A stretch of 64,000 nt of DNA, from NCBI RefSeq assembly GCF_009914755.1, contig NC_060938.1; one strand, written 5' to 3'. The DNA comes from the human T2T-CHM13v2.0 reference genome, Homo sapiens. The notes beneath the pieces are model-generated. The model made no database searches. It was not told the origin of the DNA and saw only the letters and a program-made list of their open reading frames with translations. The position numbers and the translations under genes are program-made. Of this stretch, positions 17,001 to 30,039 are shown in pieces. Position 1 is the first letter of the stretch. The number at the start of each line of letters is the position of its first letter.

Positions 17001-17074
17001 TTCAAAGTATACCCCGGCCACCGTTTATGGGATCAAAAGCATTATAAAATATGTGTGATTATTTCTTGAGCACG

Positions 17075-17671
17075 CCCTTCCTCCCCCTCTCTCTGTCTCT
17101 CTGTCTGTCTCTGTCTCTCTCTTTCTCTGTCTGTCTTCTCTCTCTCTCTCTCTGTGTCTCTCTCTCTCTGCCTGTCTGTTTCTCTCTCTCTGCCTCTCTC
17201 TCTCTCTCTCTCTCTGCCTGTCTCTCTCACTGTGTCTGTCTTCTGTCTTACTCCCTTTCTCTGTCTGTCTGTCGGTCTCTCTCTCTCTCTCTCCCTGTCT
17301 GTATGTTTCTCTCTGTCTCTGTCTCTCTCTCTCTTTCTGTTTCTCTCTCTCCGTCTCTGTCTTTCTCTGACTGTCTCTCTCTTTCCTTCTCTCTGTCTCT
17401 CTCTGCCTGTCTCTCTCACTCTGTCTTCTGTCTTACTCTCTCTCTCTGCCTGCCTGTCTCTCTCACTCTCTCTCTCTGTGTGTCTCTCTCTCTCTTTCTG
17501 TTTCTCTCTGTCTCTCTGTCCGTCTCTGTCTTTCTCTGTCTGTCTCTTTGTCTGTCTGTCTTTGTCTTTCCTTCTCTCTGTCTCTGTCTCTCTCACTGTG
17601 TCTGTCTTCTGTCTTAGTCTCTCTCTCTCTCTCTCCCTGTCTGTCTGTCTCTCTCTCTCTCTCCCCCTGTC

Positions 17672-17714
<43 letters not shown>

Positions 17715-18269
17715 TTGTCTTTCTTTCTGTCTCTGTCTCTCTCTCTCTCTCTGTGTGTCTGTCTTCTGTCTTACTGTCTTTCTCTGCCTGTCTGTCTGTC
17801 TGTCTCTCTCTGTCTGTCTCTCTCTCTCTCTCCCCCCTGTCGGCTGTTTCTCTGTCTCTGTCTGTGTCTCTCTTTCTGTCTGTTTCTCTCTGTCTGTCTT
17901 TCTCTCTCTGTCTCTTTCTCTCTGTCTCTCTGTCTGTCTCTGTCTCTCTCTCTGTCTCTCTCTCTCTGTGGGGGTGTGTGTGTGTGTGTGTATGTGTGTG
18001 TGTGTGTGTGTGTGTGTCTGCCTTCTGTCTTACTCTCTTTCTCTGCCTGTCTGTCTGCCTGTCTGTTTGTCTCTCTCTCTCTGCCTGTCTCTCTCCCTTC
18101 CTGTCTGTTTCTCTCTCTTTCTGTTTCTCTCTGTCTCTGTCCATCTCTGTCTTTCTCCGTCTGTCTCTTTATCTGTCTCTCTCCGTCTGTCTCTTTATCT
18201 GTCTCTCTCTCTCTTTCTGTCTTTCTCTCTCTGTGTATCGTTGTCTCTCTCTGTCTGTCTCTGTCTCTG

Positions 18270-18302
<33 letters not shown>

Positions 18303-18365
18303 GTCTGTCTGTCCGTCTGTCTGTCTCGGTCTCTGGCTCTCGCTATCTCCCGCCCTCTCTTTTTT
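17075..18365 (+). repeat. Third CT/CTGT pyrimidine tract with an internal (TG)n
   Basis: Same CTCACTGTGTCTGTCTTCTGTCTTAC anchors as the LR tracts. Confidence 0.9.
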
Positions 18366-19645
18366 TGCAAAAGAAGCTCAAGTACATCTAATCTAATCCC
18401 TTACCAAGGCCTGAATTCTTCACTTCTGACATCCCAGATTTGATCTCCCTACAGAATGCTGTACAGAACTGGCGAGTTGATTTCTGGACTTGGATACCTC
18501 ATAGAAACTACATATGAATAAAGATCCAATCCTAAAATCTGGGGTGGCTTCTCCCTCGACTGTCTCGAAAAATCGTACCTCTGTTCCCCTAGGATGCCGG
18601 AAGAGTTTTCTCAATGTGCATCTGCCCGTGTCCTAAGTGATCTGTGACCGAGCCCTGTCCGTCCTGTCTCAAATATGTACGTGCAAACACTTCTCTCCAT
18701 TTCCACAACTACCCACGGCCCCTTGTGGAACCACTGGCTCTTTGAAAAAAATCCCAGAAGTGGTTTTGGCTTTTTGGCTAGGAGGCCTAAGCCTGCTGAG
18801 AACTTTCCTGCCCAGGATCCTGTGTGACCAAAAGTGCCTCTGCTGGGAGCTGGGATCCTCGGGACCATGCTTGCTAGCGCTGGATGAGTCTCTGGAAGGA
18901 CGCACGGGACTCCGCAAAGCTGACCTGTCCCACCGAGGTCAAATGGATACCTCTGCATTGGCCCGAGGCCTCCGAAGTACATCACCGTCACCAACCGTCA
19001 CCGTCAGCATCCTTGTGAGCCTGCCCAAGGCCCCGCCTCCGGGGAGACTCTTGGGAGCCCGGCCTTCGTCGGCTAAAGTCCAAAGGGATGGTGACTTCCA
19101 CCCACAAGGTCCCCACTGAACGGCGAAGATGTGGAGCGTAGGTCAGAGAGGGGACCAGGAGGGGAGACGTCCCGACAGGCGACGAGTTCCCAAGGCTCTG
19201 GCCACCCCACCCACGCCCCACGCCCCACGTCCCGGGCACCCGCGGGACACCGCCGCTTTATCCCCTCCTCTGTCCACAGCCAGCCCCACCCCACCACGCA
19301 ACCCACGCACACACGCTGGAGGTTCCAAAACCACACGGTGTGACTAGAGCCTGACGGAGCGAGAGCCCATTTCACGAGGTGGGAGGGGTGGGGGTGGGGT
19401 GGGTTGGGGGTTGTGGGGTCTGTGGCGAGCCCGATTCTCCCTCTTGGGTGGCTACAGGCTAGAAATGAATATCGCTTCTTGGGCGGAGGGGCTTCCTTAG
19501 GCCATCACCGCTTGCGGGACTACCTCTCAAACCCTCCCTTGAGGCCACAAAATAGATTCCACCCCACCCATCGACGTTTCCCCCGGGTGCTGGATGTATC
19601 CTGTCAAGAGACCTGAGCCTGACACCGTCGAATTAAACACCTTGA

Positions 19646-19860
<215 letters not shown>

Positions 19861-19928
19861 TCATTGGTTTTCACTGGAGATTCTAGATTCGAGCCACACC
19901 TCATTCCGTGCCACAGAGAGACTTCTTT

Positions 19929-22900
19929 TTTTTTTTTTTTTTAAGCGCAACGCAACATGTCTGCCTTATTTGAGTGGCTTCCTATATCATTATAATTGTG
20001 TTATAGATGAAGAAACGGTATTAAACACTGTGCTAATGATAGTGAAAGTGAAGACAAAAGAAAGGCTATCTATTTTGTGGTTAGAATAAAGTTGCTCAGT
20101 ATTTAGAGCTACCTAAATACGTCAGCATTTACACTCTTCCTAGTAAAAGCTGGCCAATCTGAATAATCCTCCTTTAAACAAACACAATTTTTGATAGGGT
20201 TAAGATTTTTTTAAGAATGCGACTCCTGCAAAATAGCTGAACAGACGATACACATTTAAAAAAATAACAACACAAGGATCAACCAGACTTGGGAAAAAAT
20301 CGAAAACCACACAAGTCTTATGAAGAACTGAGTTCTTAAAATAGGACGGAGAACGTAGCTATCGGAAGAGAAGGCAGTATTGGCAAGTTGATTGTTACGT
20401 TGGTCAGCAGTAGCTGGCACTATCTTTTTGGCCATCTTTCGGGCAATGTAACTACTACAGCAAAATGAGATATGATCCATTAAACAACATATTCGCAAAT
20501 CAAAAAGTGTTTCAGTAATATAATGCTTCAGATTTAGAAGCAAATCAAATGATAGAACTCCACTGCTGTAATAAGTCACCCCAAAGATCACCGTATCTGA
20601 CAAAATAACTACCACAGGGTTATGACTTCAGAATCATACTTTCTCTTGATATTTACTTATGTATGTATTTATTTTTTTTAATTTATTTCTCTTGAGACGG
20701 CGTCTCGCTCTGTCGCCCAGGCTGGAGTGCGATGGTGTGATCTCGGCTCACTGCAACCGCCACCTCCCTGGGTTCAAGCGATTCTCCTGCCTCAGCCTCC
20801 CGAGTAGCTGGGACTACAGGTGCCCGCCACCACGCCCAGCTAATCTTTATACTTTTAATAGAGACGGGGTTTCACCGTGTCGGCCCGGATGGTCTCGATC
20901 TCTTGACCTCGTGACCCGCCCGCCTCGGCCTCCCAAAGTGCTGGGATGACAGGCGTGAGCCACTGAGCCCGGCCTTCTCTTGACGTTTAAACTATGAAGT
21001 CAGTCCAGAGAAACGCAATAAATGTCAACGGTGAGGATGGTGTTGAGGCAGAAGTAGGACCACACTTTTTCCTATCTTATTCAGTTGATAACAATATGAC
21101 CTAGGTAGTAATTTCCTATGTGCCTACTTATACACGAGTACAAAAGAGTAAAACAGAGAGACTGCTAAATTAAAGGGTACGTGAAGTTCTTCATAGTAAC
21201 TCCGTAAACTGGAACACTGTCAAAAAGCAGCAGCTAGTGAATTGTTTCCATGTATTTTTCTATGATCCAATAAGTGAACTATGCTATTCCTTTCCAGTCT
21301 CCCAAGCACTTCTTGTCCCCATCACCACTTCGGTGCTCGAAGAAAAAGTAACAAATCAAGGAACACAACTAAAGAAACACACACACAAACCAAAGACAAC
21401 TACAGCGTCTGCAAAAGTTTGCTAGAAGACTGAAACTGTTGAGTATAAGGATCTGGTATTCTACGATCATGAGTTCACTTCAGAGTTTGTTCAAGACATA
21501 CGTTTCGTAAGGAAACATCTTAGTTAGAAGTTATTCAGCAGTAGGTACCATCCCTAAGTATTTTTCACCAAATTCGTGACAATAAAGAGCTATCTAACCA
21601 GAAAAATTAGCGAGTACCGGCACCATCCATAGGGCTTTGTCTTTACGCTTCATTAGCACTTACCATGCCTTACAATGTCTAGGATTGACCCTGATAGCAT
21701 TTCGAAAACAAGCTAATGCTTTGTCCAGTTCTTCAGTGAAGACAAGCTCACGCCCTAATGCGCTATAGGCATAAGCATCATTTGGATCCACTTCGAGAGT
21801 TCTCTGGAAGAATTGAATCGCAATATCGTGTTCCCGTTGCAGACCGAAACAGTTCCCTGCAGCACACCAGGCCTCTGGCTGGCGAATTTTTATCCATGTC
21901 TGTGAAGTCTTTGGACAGAACTGAAAGAGCAACCTCTTTCGGAGGATGCCAAAGTGTTGTAGAGTAGATCTCCATGCCTTCGACTCTGTAATTCTCAATC
22001 CTCCTAACCTCTGAGAATTGTCTTTCAGCTTGCGTGGACTCTGAAAGTTTACAATAGGCCCTTCCGATTTGGCACAGTACCCAACCGGTATTGCAGTGGT
22101 GAGAAGCTAGATGGCTCAAGATGCTGATAGCTTCTTTGCCGTGGTAAGAACACAAAGCTAAATAACCTTTCCCCCTTTCACGAAGAAGGCTCATCAAGCC
22201 TTCCGCTGCTGCTTTTTGTAGATTAAAAGCCTGAATCTGAGGCGCGATTGCGGCTATTTTCCCTTCTGAAATGACGGAAGAGTCCAATTTTGTCACTTCC
22301 AGGCTATCACTTATGTTCGGTGGAGTTATTGCTCCTTTATTAGTTTTACTTTTGGTTCTTCTGTTTGGGATTTTAGGTGGAAACTTCATTTTTAATTTTC
22401 TCCTATTCTCCTCGGTTGTGGAGCTGTCACTAGTCAAGAGTCGTGAATTTCTTCGAGGCGGTGCATTTGGGGGAGATGCCATAGTGGGGCTCAATACCTG
22501 AGGTGTTGCCCTTGTCGGCGGACCAGAACTTTGTGTTTTTGCAAGGACTGGAGTTACCTTTCGGCTCTTTCCCCTCTGCGAGAAGACAGACGGTGTTCCG
22601 GTTTGGCCGATTCTGGCAACAGGCTTTTTTGAAGGGGCTCCGGTGGATGGCACGTCAATGACAGACGGTGTCTCATACCAGTGCAGTTTTGTCAATAGGG
22701 TCCGTCTCCGGGACTTGGGGTTTCTAATGGCAAAATGCCAACACTTGGGGTTAATGGACTAACAGCTGCTGGTCCTCCTAATAAACTTCGACCAGTTTTT
22801 GGTTTATGTTGAACCTGTTTAGATCATATGGAAGTTCCTGTTCCCAGTGGGACAGTATCAGGTGAAAGGACAGCTGAATCGATAGAAGACACTGGGGAGT

Positions 22901-23723
22901 CTGTATTCAAGGAGTACTTTGAATTGGAAGATTCTAAATTCCATCCGTTTCATTCGACGGTGTCCTGGGGTGTTTCCGTAAGAACGGTCTCGGGCTGTCT
23001 GTGACATAAACTAGGACGAGGTCCAAGTGTTGTGGCGCAACACTTGGACAGGCAGTTGCTAAAGCTCTCTAGAGAGGTGAATCAAAATGTTTGGTCAGGA
23101 TCTGGCTTTTCCCCCCTATTTCACATCATGATTCAAAGGGACACCAGAGGAAAGGATTTCAACGAAGGCTCTTTTGGTCACATTCTGATCCTTTGGTAAG
23201 CCGATCTGTCTTGCAATATACATGTCCCGACGATGGAAGGGGAAAGCGAGCTGAATCACCAAACTCAGGAACGATAATATCATCGTGGCTTTTCTGCTTA
23301 TGAAACACTCCACCCGATAAGATTTGATCCCCTTCTGCAAGCTTGCTGAGATCAACACAACATTTCGCAAGCAGGCATTTGCATTGCGGGGTAGTACAAC
23401 TGTGTCCTTTCAAGAGTCTATATGTTTTATAGGCCTTTCCTGAGCGGTAAGAACAGGTCGCCAGTAAGAACAAGGCTTCTTCTGAGTGTACTTCTGCATA
23501 AAGGCGTTCTGCGGGGGAAACCGCATCTCGGTAGGCATAGTGGTTTAGTGCTTGCCATATAGCAGCCTGGACGGGTCCCTGCAGCACCGCCATCCTCGAG
23601 GCTCAGGCCCACTTTCTGCAGTGCCACAGGCACCCCCCCCCCCCCCATAGCGGCTCCGGCCCGGCCAGCCTCGGCTCATTTAAAGGCACCAGCCGCCGTT
23701 ACCGGGGGATGGGGGAGTCCGAG
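19929..23723 (-). pseudogene. CDC27P: CDC27 retro-pseudogene: disrupted coding homology 23593 to 21664; proposed full extent includes 5'UTR, intron-like tail and poly(A)
   Basis: MAVLQGPVQAAIWQALNHYAYRDAV... matches the CDC27/APC3 N-terminus. TPR segments (GMEIYSTTLWH, AWCAAGNCF, DKALACFRNAIRVNPRH) are in different frames with stops and no introns. Outer boundaries are inferred from putative TSDs. Confidence 0.93.
20655..20974 (-). mobile_element. Full-length Alu nested in the CDC27 retrocopy tail, with TSD
   Basis: Complete Alu flanked by TTCTCTTGATATTT (20641) and TTCTCTTGACGTTT (20975). Confidence 0.9.
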
Positions 23724-24248
23724 ACAGAATGACTTCTTTATCCTGCTGACTCTGGAAAGCCCGGCGCCTTGTGATCCATTGCAAACCGAGAGTCACCTCG
23801 TGTTTAGAACACGGATCCACTCCCAAGTTCAGTGGGGGGATGTGAGGGGTGTGGCAGGTAGGACGAAGGACTCTCTTCCTTCTGATTCGGTCTGCACAGT
23901 GGGGCCTAGGGCTGGAGCTCTCTCCGTGCGGACCGCTGACTCCCTCTACCTTGGGTTCCCTCGGCCCCACCCTGGAACGCCGGGCCTTGGCAGATTCTGG
24001 CCCTTCCTGGCCCTTCAGTCGCTGTCAGAAACCCCATCTCATGCTCGGATGCCCCGAGTGACTGTGGCTCGCACCTCTCCGGAAACATTGGAAATCTCTC
24101 CTCTACGCGCGGCCACCTGAAACCACAGGAGCTCGGGACACACGTGCTTTCGGGAGAGAATGCTGAGAGTCTCTTGCCGACTCTCTCTTGACTTGAGTTC
24201 TTCGTGGGTGCGTGGTTAAGACGTAGTGAGACCAGATGTATTAACTCA

Positions 24249-24410
24249 GGCCGGGTGCTGGTGGCTCACGCCTGTAACCCCAACACTTTGGGAGGCCGAG
24301 GCCGTAGGATCCCTCGAGGAATCGCCTAACCCTGGGGAGGTTGAGGTTGCAGTGAGTGAGCCATAGTTGTGTCACTGTGCTCCAGTCTGGGCGAAAGACA
24401 GAATGAGGCC
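24249..24410 (+). mobile_element. Alu monomer (FLAM-like or deleted Alu)
   Basis: GGCCGGGTGCTGGTGGCTCACGCCTGTAACCCCAACACTTTGGGAGGCCGAGG. Confidence 0.8.
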
Positions 24411-24513
24411 CTGCCACAGGCAGGCAGGCAGGCAGGCAGGCAGAAAGACAACAGCTGTATTATGTTCTTCTCAGGGTAGGAAGCAAAAATAACAGAATAC
24501 AGCACTTAATTAA

Positions 24514-24814
<301 letters not shown>

Positions 24815-24858
24815 TACGTTTATTTATTTATTTTTTTAATTATTTTACTTTTTTTTAG

Positions 24859-25211
<353 letters not shown>

Positions 25212-25267
25212 TATTTATCTATTTATTAACTTTGAGTCCAGGTTATGAAACCAGTTAGTTTTTGTAA

Positions 25268-25395
25268 TTTTTTTTTTTTTTTTTTTTTTTTTGAGACGAG
25301 GTTTCACCGTGTTGCCAAGGCTTGGACCGAGGGATCCACCGGCCCTCGGCCTCCCAAAAGTGCGGGGATGACAGGCGCGAGCCTACCGCGCCCGG
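25268..25395 (-). mobile_element. Alu left-arm fragment
   Basis: poly-T, GAGACGAGGTTTCACCGTGTTGCC...CCTCGGCCTCCCAAA. Confidence 0.78.
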
Positions 25396-25938
25396 ACCCC
25401 CCCTTTCCCCTTCCCCCGCTTGTCTTCCCGACAGACAGTTTCACGGCAGAGCGTTTGGCTGGCGTGCTTAAACTCATTCTAAATAGAAATTTGGGACGTC
25501 AGCTTCTGGCCTCACGGACTCTGAGCCGAGGAGTCCCCTGGTCTGTCTATCACAGGACCGTACACGTAAGGAGGAGAAAAATCGTAACGTTCAAAGTCAG
25601 TCATTTTGTGATACAGAAATACACGGATTCACCCAAAACACAGAAAGCAGTCTTTTAGAAATGGCCTTAGCCCTGGTGTCCGTGCCAGTGATTCTTTTCG
25701 GTTTGGACCTTGACTGAGAGGATTCCCAGTCGGTCTCTCGTCTCTGGACGGAAGTTCCAGATGATCCGATGGGTGGGGGACTTAGGCTGCGTCCCCCCAG
25801 GAGCCCTGGTCGATTAGTTGTGGGGATCGCCTTGGAGGGCGCGGTGACCCACTGTGCTGTGGGAGCCTCCATCCTTCCCCCCACCCCCTCCCCAGGGGAT
25901 CCCAATTCATTCCGGGCTGACACGCTCACTGGCAGGCG

Positions 25939-25965
25939 TCGGGCATCACCTAGCGGTCACTGTTA
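25939..25965 (-). promoter_or_regulatory. Predicted CTCF motif, module copy 2
   Basis: 26/27 identical to 15795-15821. Confidence 0.55.
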
Positions 25966-26212
25966 CTCTGAAAACGGAGGCCTCACAGAGGAAGGGAGCA
26001 CCAGGCCGCCTGCGCACAGCCTGGGGCAACTGTGTCTTCTCCACCGCCCCCGCCCCCACCTCCAAGTTCCTCCCTCCCTTGTTGCCTAGGAAATCGCCAC
26101 TTTGACGACCGGGTCTGATTGACCTTTGATCAGGCAAAAACGAACAAACAGATAAATAAATAAAATAACACAAAAGTAACTAACTAAATAAAATAAGTCA
26201 ATACAACCCATT

Positions 26213-26344
26213 ACAATACAATAAGATACGATACGATAGGATGCGATAGGATACGATAGGATACAATACAATACGATACGATACAATACAATACAATACA
26301 ATACAATACAATACAATACAATACAATACAATACAATACAATAC
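26213..26344. repeat. (AATAC/GATAC)n pentanucleotide repeat
   Basis: Direct reading. Confidence 0.92.
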
Positions 26345-26630
<286 letters not shown>

Positions 26631-26711
26631 TAAATACATAAATAAATACATACATACATACATACATACATACATAAATTAAAATAAATAAATAAAATAA
26701 AATAAATAAAT

Positions 26712-27177
<466 letters not shown>

Positions 27178-27449
27178 TTAACTTCATTTTATGTTATTAT
27201 CATGATTGATGTTTCGAGACGGAGTCTCGGAGGCCCGCCCTCCCTGGTTGCCCAGACAACCCCGGGAGACAGACCCTGGCTGGGCCCGATTGTTCTTCTC
27301 CTTGGTCAGGGGTTTCCTTGTCTTTCTTCGTGTCTTTAACCCGCGTGGACTCTTCCGCTCGGGTTTGACAGATGGCAGCTCCACTTTAGGCCTTGTTGTT
27401 GTTGGGGACTTTCCTGATTCTCCCCAGATGTAGTGAAAGCAGGTAGATT

Positions 27450-27480
27450 TGCCTTGCCTGGACTTGCCTGGCCTTGCCTT
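27450..27480. promoter_or_regulatory. RGC (ribosomal gene cluster) p53 binding element
   Basis: TGCCTTGCCTGGACTTGCCTGGCCTTGCCTT is the classical RGC p53 site sequence. Confidence 0.88.
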
Positions 27481-27512
27481 TTCTTTCTTTCTTTCTTTAT
27501 TACTTTCTCTTT

Positions 27513-27581
27513 TTCTTCTTCTTCTTCTTCTTCTTCTTCTTCTTCTTCTTCTTCTTCTTCTTCTTCTTCTTCTTCTTCTTC
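27513..27581. repeat. (TTC)n / (GAA)n triplet repeat, about 23 units, in an Alu tail
   Basis: Direct reading. Confidence 0.92.
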
Positions 27582-27873
27582 TTTTTTTTTTTGAGACAGA
27601 GTTTCACTCTTGTTGCCCAGGCTAGAGGGCAATGGTGCGATCTCGGCTCACCGCACCCTCCGCCTCCCAGGTTCAAGCGATTCTCCTGCCTCAGCCTCCT
27701 GATTAGCTGGGATTACAGGCATGGGCCACCGTGCCTGGCTGATGTTTGTACTTTTAGTAGAGACGGTGTTTTTCCATGTTGGTCAGGCTGGTCTCCCACT
27801 CCCAACCTCAGGTGGTCCGCCTGCCTTAGCCTCCCAAAGTGCTGGGATGACAGGCGTGAGCCACCGCGCCCAG

Positions 27874-27875
<2 letters not shown>
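27582..27875 (-). mobile_element. Alu
   Basis: GAGACAGAGTTTCACTCTTGTTGCCCAGGCT...GTGAGCCACCGCGCCCAGCC. Confidence 0.92.
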
Positions 27876-27922
<47 letters not shown>

Positions 27923-28569
27923 CGCTTGCTTGCTTGCTTTCGTGCTTTCTTGCTTTCCCGTTTTCTTGCTTTCTTTCTTTCTTTCGTTTCTTTCATGCTT
28001 GCTTTCTTGCTTGCTTGCTTGCTTTCGTGCTTTCTTGCTTTCCTGTTTTCTTTTTCTTTCTTTCTTTCTTTCTTTCTTTTGTTTCTTTCTTGCTTGCTTT
28101 CTTGCTTGCTTGCTTGCTTTCGTGCTTTCTTGCTTTCCTGTTTTCTTTCTTTCTTTCTTTCTTTTGTTTCTTTCTTGCTTGCTTTCTTGCTTGCTTGCTT
28201 TCGTGCTGTCTTGTTTTCTCGATTTCTTTCTTTCTTTTGTTTCTTTCCTGCTTGCTTTCTTGCTTGATTGCTTTCGTGCTTTCTTGCTTTCTTGTTTTCT
28301 TTCTTTCTTTTGTTTCTTTCTTTCTTGCTTCCTTGTTTTCTTGCTTTCTTGCTTGCTTGCTTTCGTGCTTTCTTGTTTTCTTGCTTTCTTTCTTTTGTTT
28401 CTTTCTTGCTTGCTTTCTTGCTTCCTTGTTTTCTTGCTTTCTTGCTTGCTTGCTTTCGTGCTTTCTTTCTTGCTTTCTTTTCTTTCTTTCTTTTCTTTTT
28501 CTTTCTTTCTTGCTTTCTTTTCTTTCATTCATTCATTCTTTCTTTCTTTCCTTTCTTTCTTTCTTTCTT

Positions 28570-28612
<43 letters not shown>
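27876..28612 (+). repeat. (CT)n plus complex (CTTG/CTTT)n minisatellite
   Basis: Recurring GCTTGCTTTCGTGCTTTCTTG unit. Confidence 0.9.
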
Positions 28613-28622
28613 GTTTCGTCCT

Positions 28623-28915
<293 letters not shown>

Positions 28916-29219
28916 TGTTGACTCATTTCGCTTTTTTATTTCTTTCGTTTCCACGCGTTTACTTATATGTATTAATGTAAACGTTTCTGTACGCTTATAT
29001 GCAAACAACGACAACGTGTATCTCTGCATTGAATACTCTTGCGTATGGTAAATACGTATCGGTTGTATGGAAATAGACTTCTGTATGATAGATGTAGGTG
29101 TTTGTGTTATACAAATAAATACACATCGCTCTATAAAGAAGGGATCGTCGATAAAGACGTTTATTTTACGTATGAAAAGCGTCGTATTTATGTGTGTAAA
29201 TGAACGAGCGTACGTAGTT

Positions 29220-29770
29220 ATCTCTGTTTTCTTTCTTCCTCTCCTTCGTGTTTTTCTTCCTTCCTTTCTTCCTTTCTCTCCTTCTTTAGGTTTTTCTTCC
29301 TCTCTTCCTTTCCTTCTTTCTCTCTTTCTGTCCTTTTTTCCTTCGTGCTTTATTTCTCTTTCGTTCCCTGTGTTTCCTTCTTTTTTCTTTCCTCTCTGTT
29401 TCTTTTTCCCTTCTTTCCTTCGTTTCTTTCCTCATTCTTTCTCTCTTTTTCGTGTTTCTTTCCTTCCCGTCTGTCTTTTAAAAAATGGAGTGTTTCAGAA
29501 GTTTACTTTGTGTATCTACGTTTTCTAAATTGTCTCTCTTTTCTCCATTTTCTTCCTCCCTCCCTCCCTCCCTCCCTCCCTGCTCCCTTCCCTCCCTCCT
29601 TCCCTTTCGCCATCTGTCTCTTTTCCCCACTCCCCTCCCCCCGTCTGTCTCTGCGTGGATTCCGGAAGAGCCTACGCATTCTGCCTCTCCGTGTGTCTGC
29701 AGCGACCCGCGACCGAGTCCTTGTGTGTTCTTTCTCCCTCCCTCCCTCCCTCCCTCCCTCCCTCCCTGCT
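29220..29770 (+). repeat. Pyrimidine-rich low-complexity tract with (CCCT)n
   Basis: Direct reading. Confidence 0.85.
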
Positions 29771-29990
29771 TCCGAGAGGCATCTCCAAACACCCACGCGC
29801 CGTGGGTTGTCTTCTGACTCTGTCGCGGTCGAGGCAGAGACGCGTTTTGGGCACCGTTTGTGTGGGGTTGGGGCAGAGGGGCTGCGTTTTCGGCCTCGGG
29901 AAGAGCTTCTCGACTCACGGTTTCGCTTTCGCGGTCCACGGGCCGCCCTGCCAGCCGGATCTGTCTCGCTGACGTCCGCGGCGGTTGTCG

Positions 29991-30009
29991 GGCTCCATCT
30001 GGCGGCCGC
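29991..30009 (-). promoter_or_regulatory. CTCF motif upstream of the spacer promoter (module copy 3)
   Basis: Minus strand GCGGCCGCCAGATGGAGCC is a good CTCF consensus match; CTCF binding upstream of the rDNA spacer promoter is established. Confidence 0.7.
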
Positions 30010-30039
30010 TTTGAGATCGTGCTCTCGGCTTCCGGAGCT

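Noticed and set aside
21778-22695. 305-aa CDC27-like ORF as a functional gene
   Set aside because: Internal fragment of a frameshifted, stop-disrupted retrocopy with a non-ATG start.
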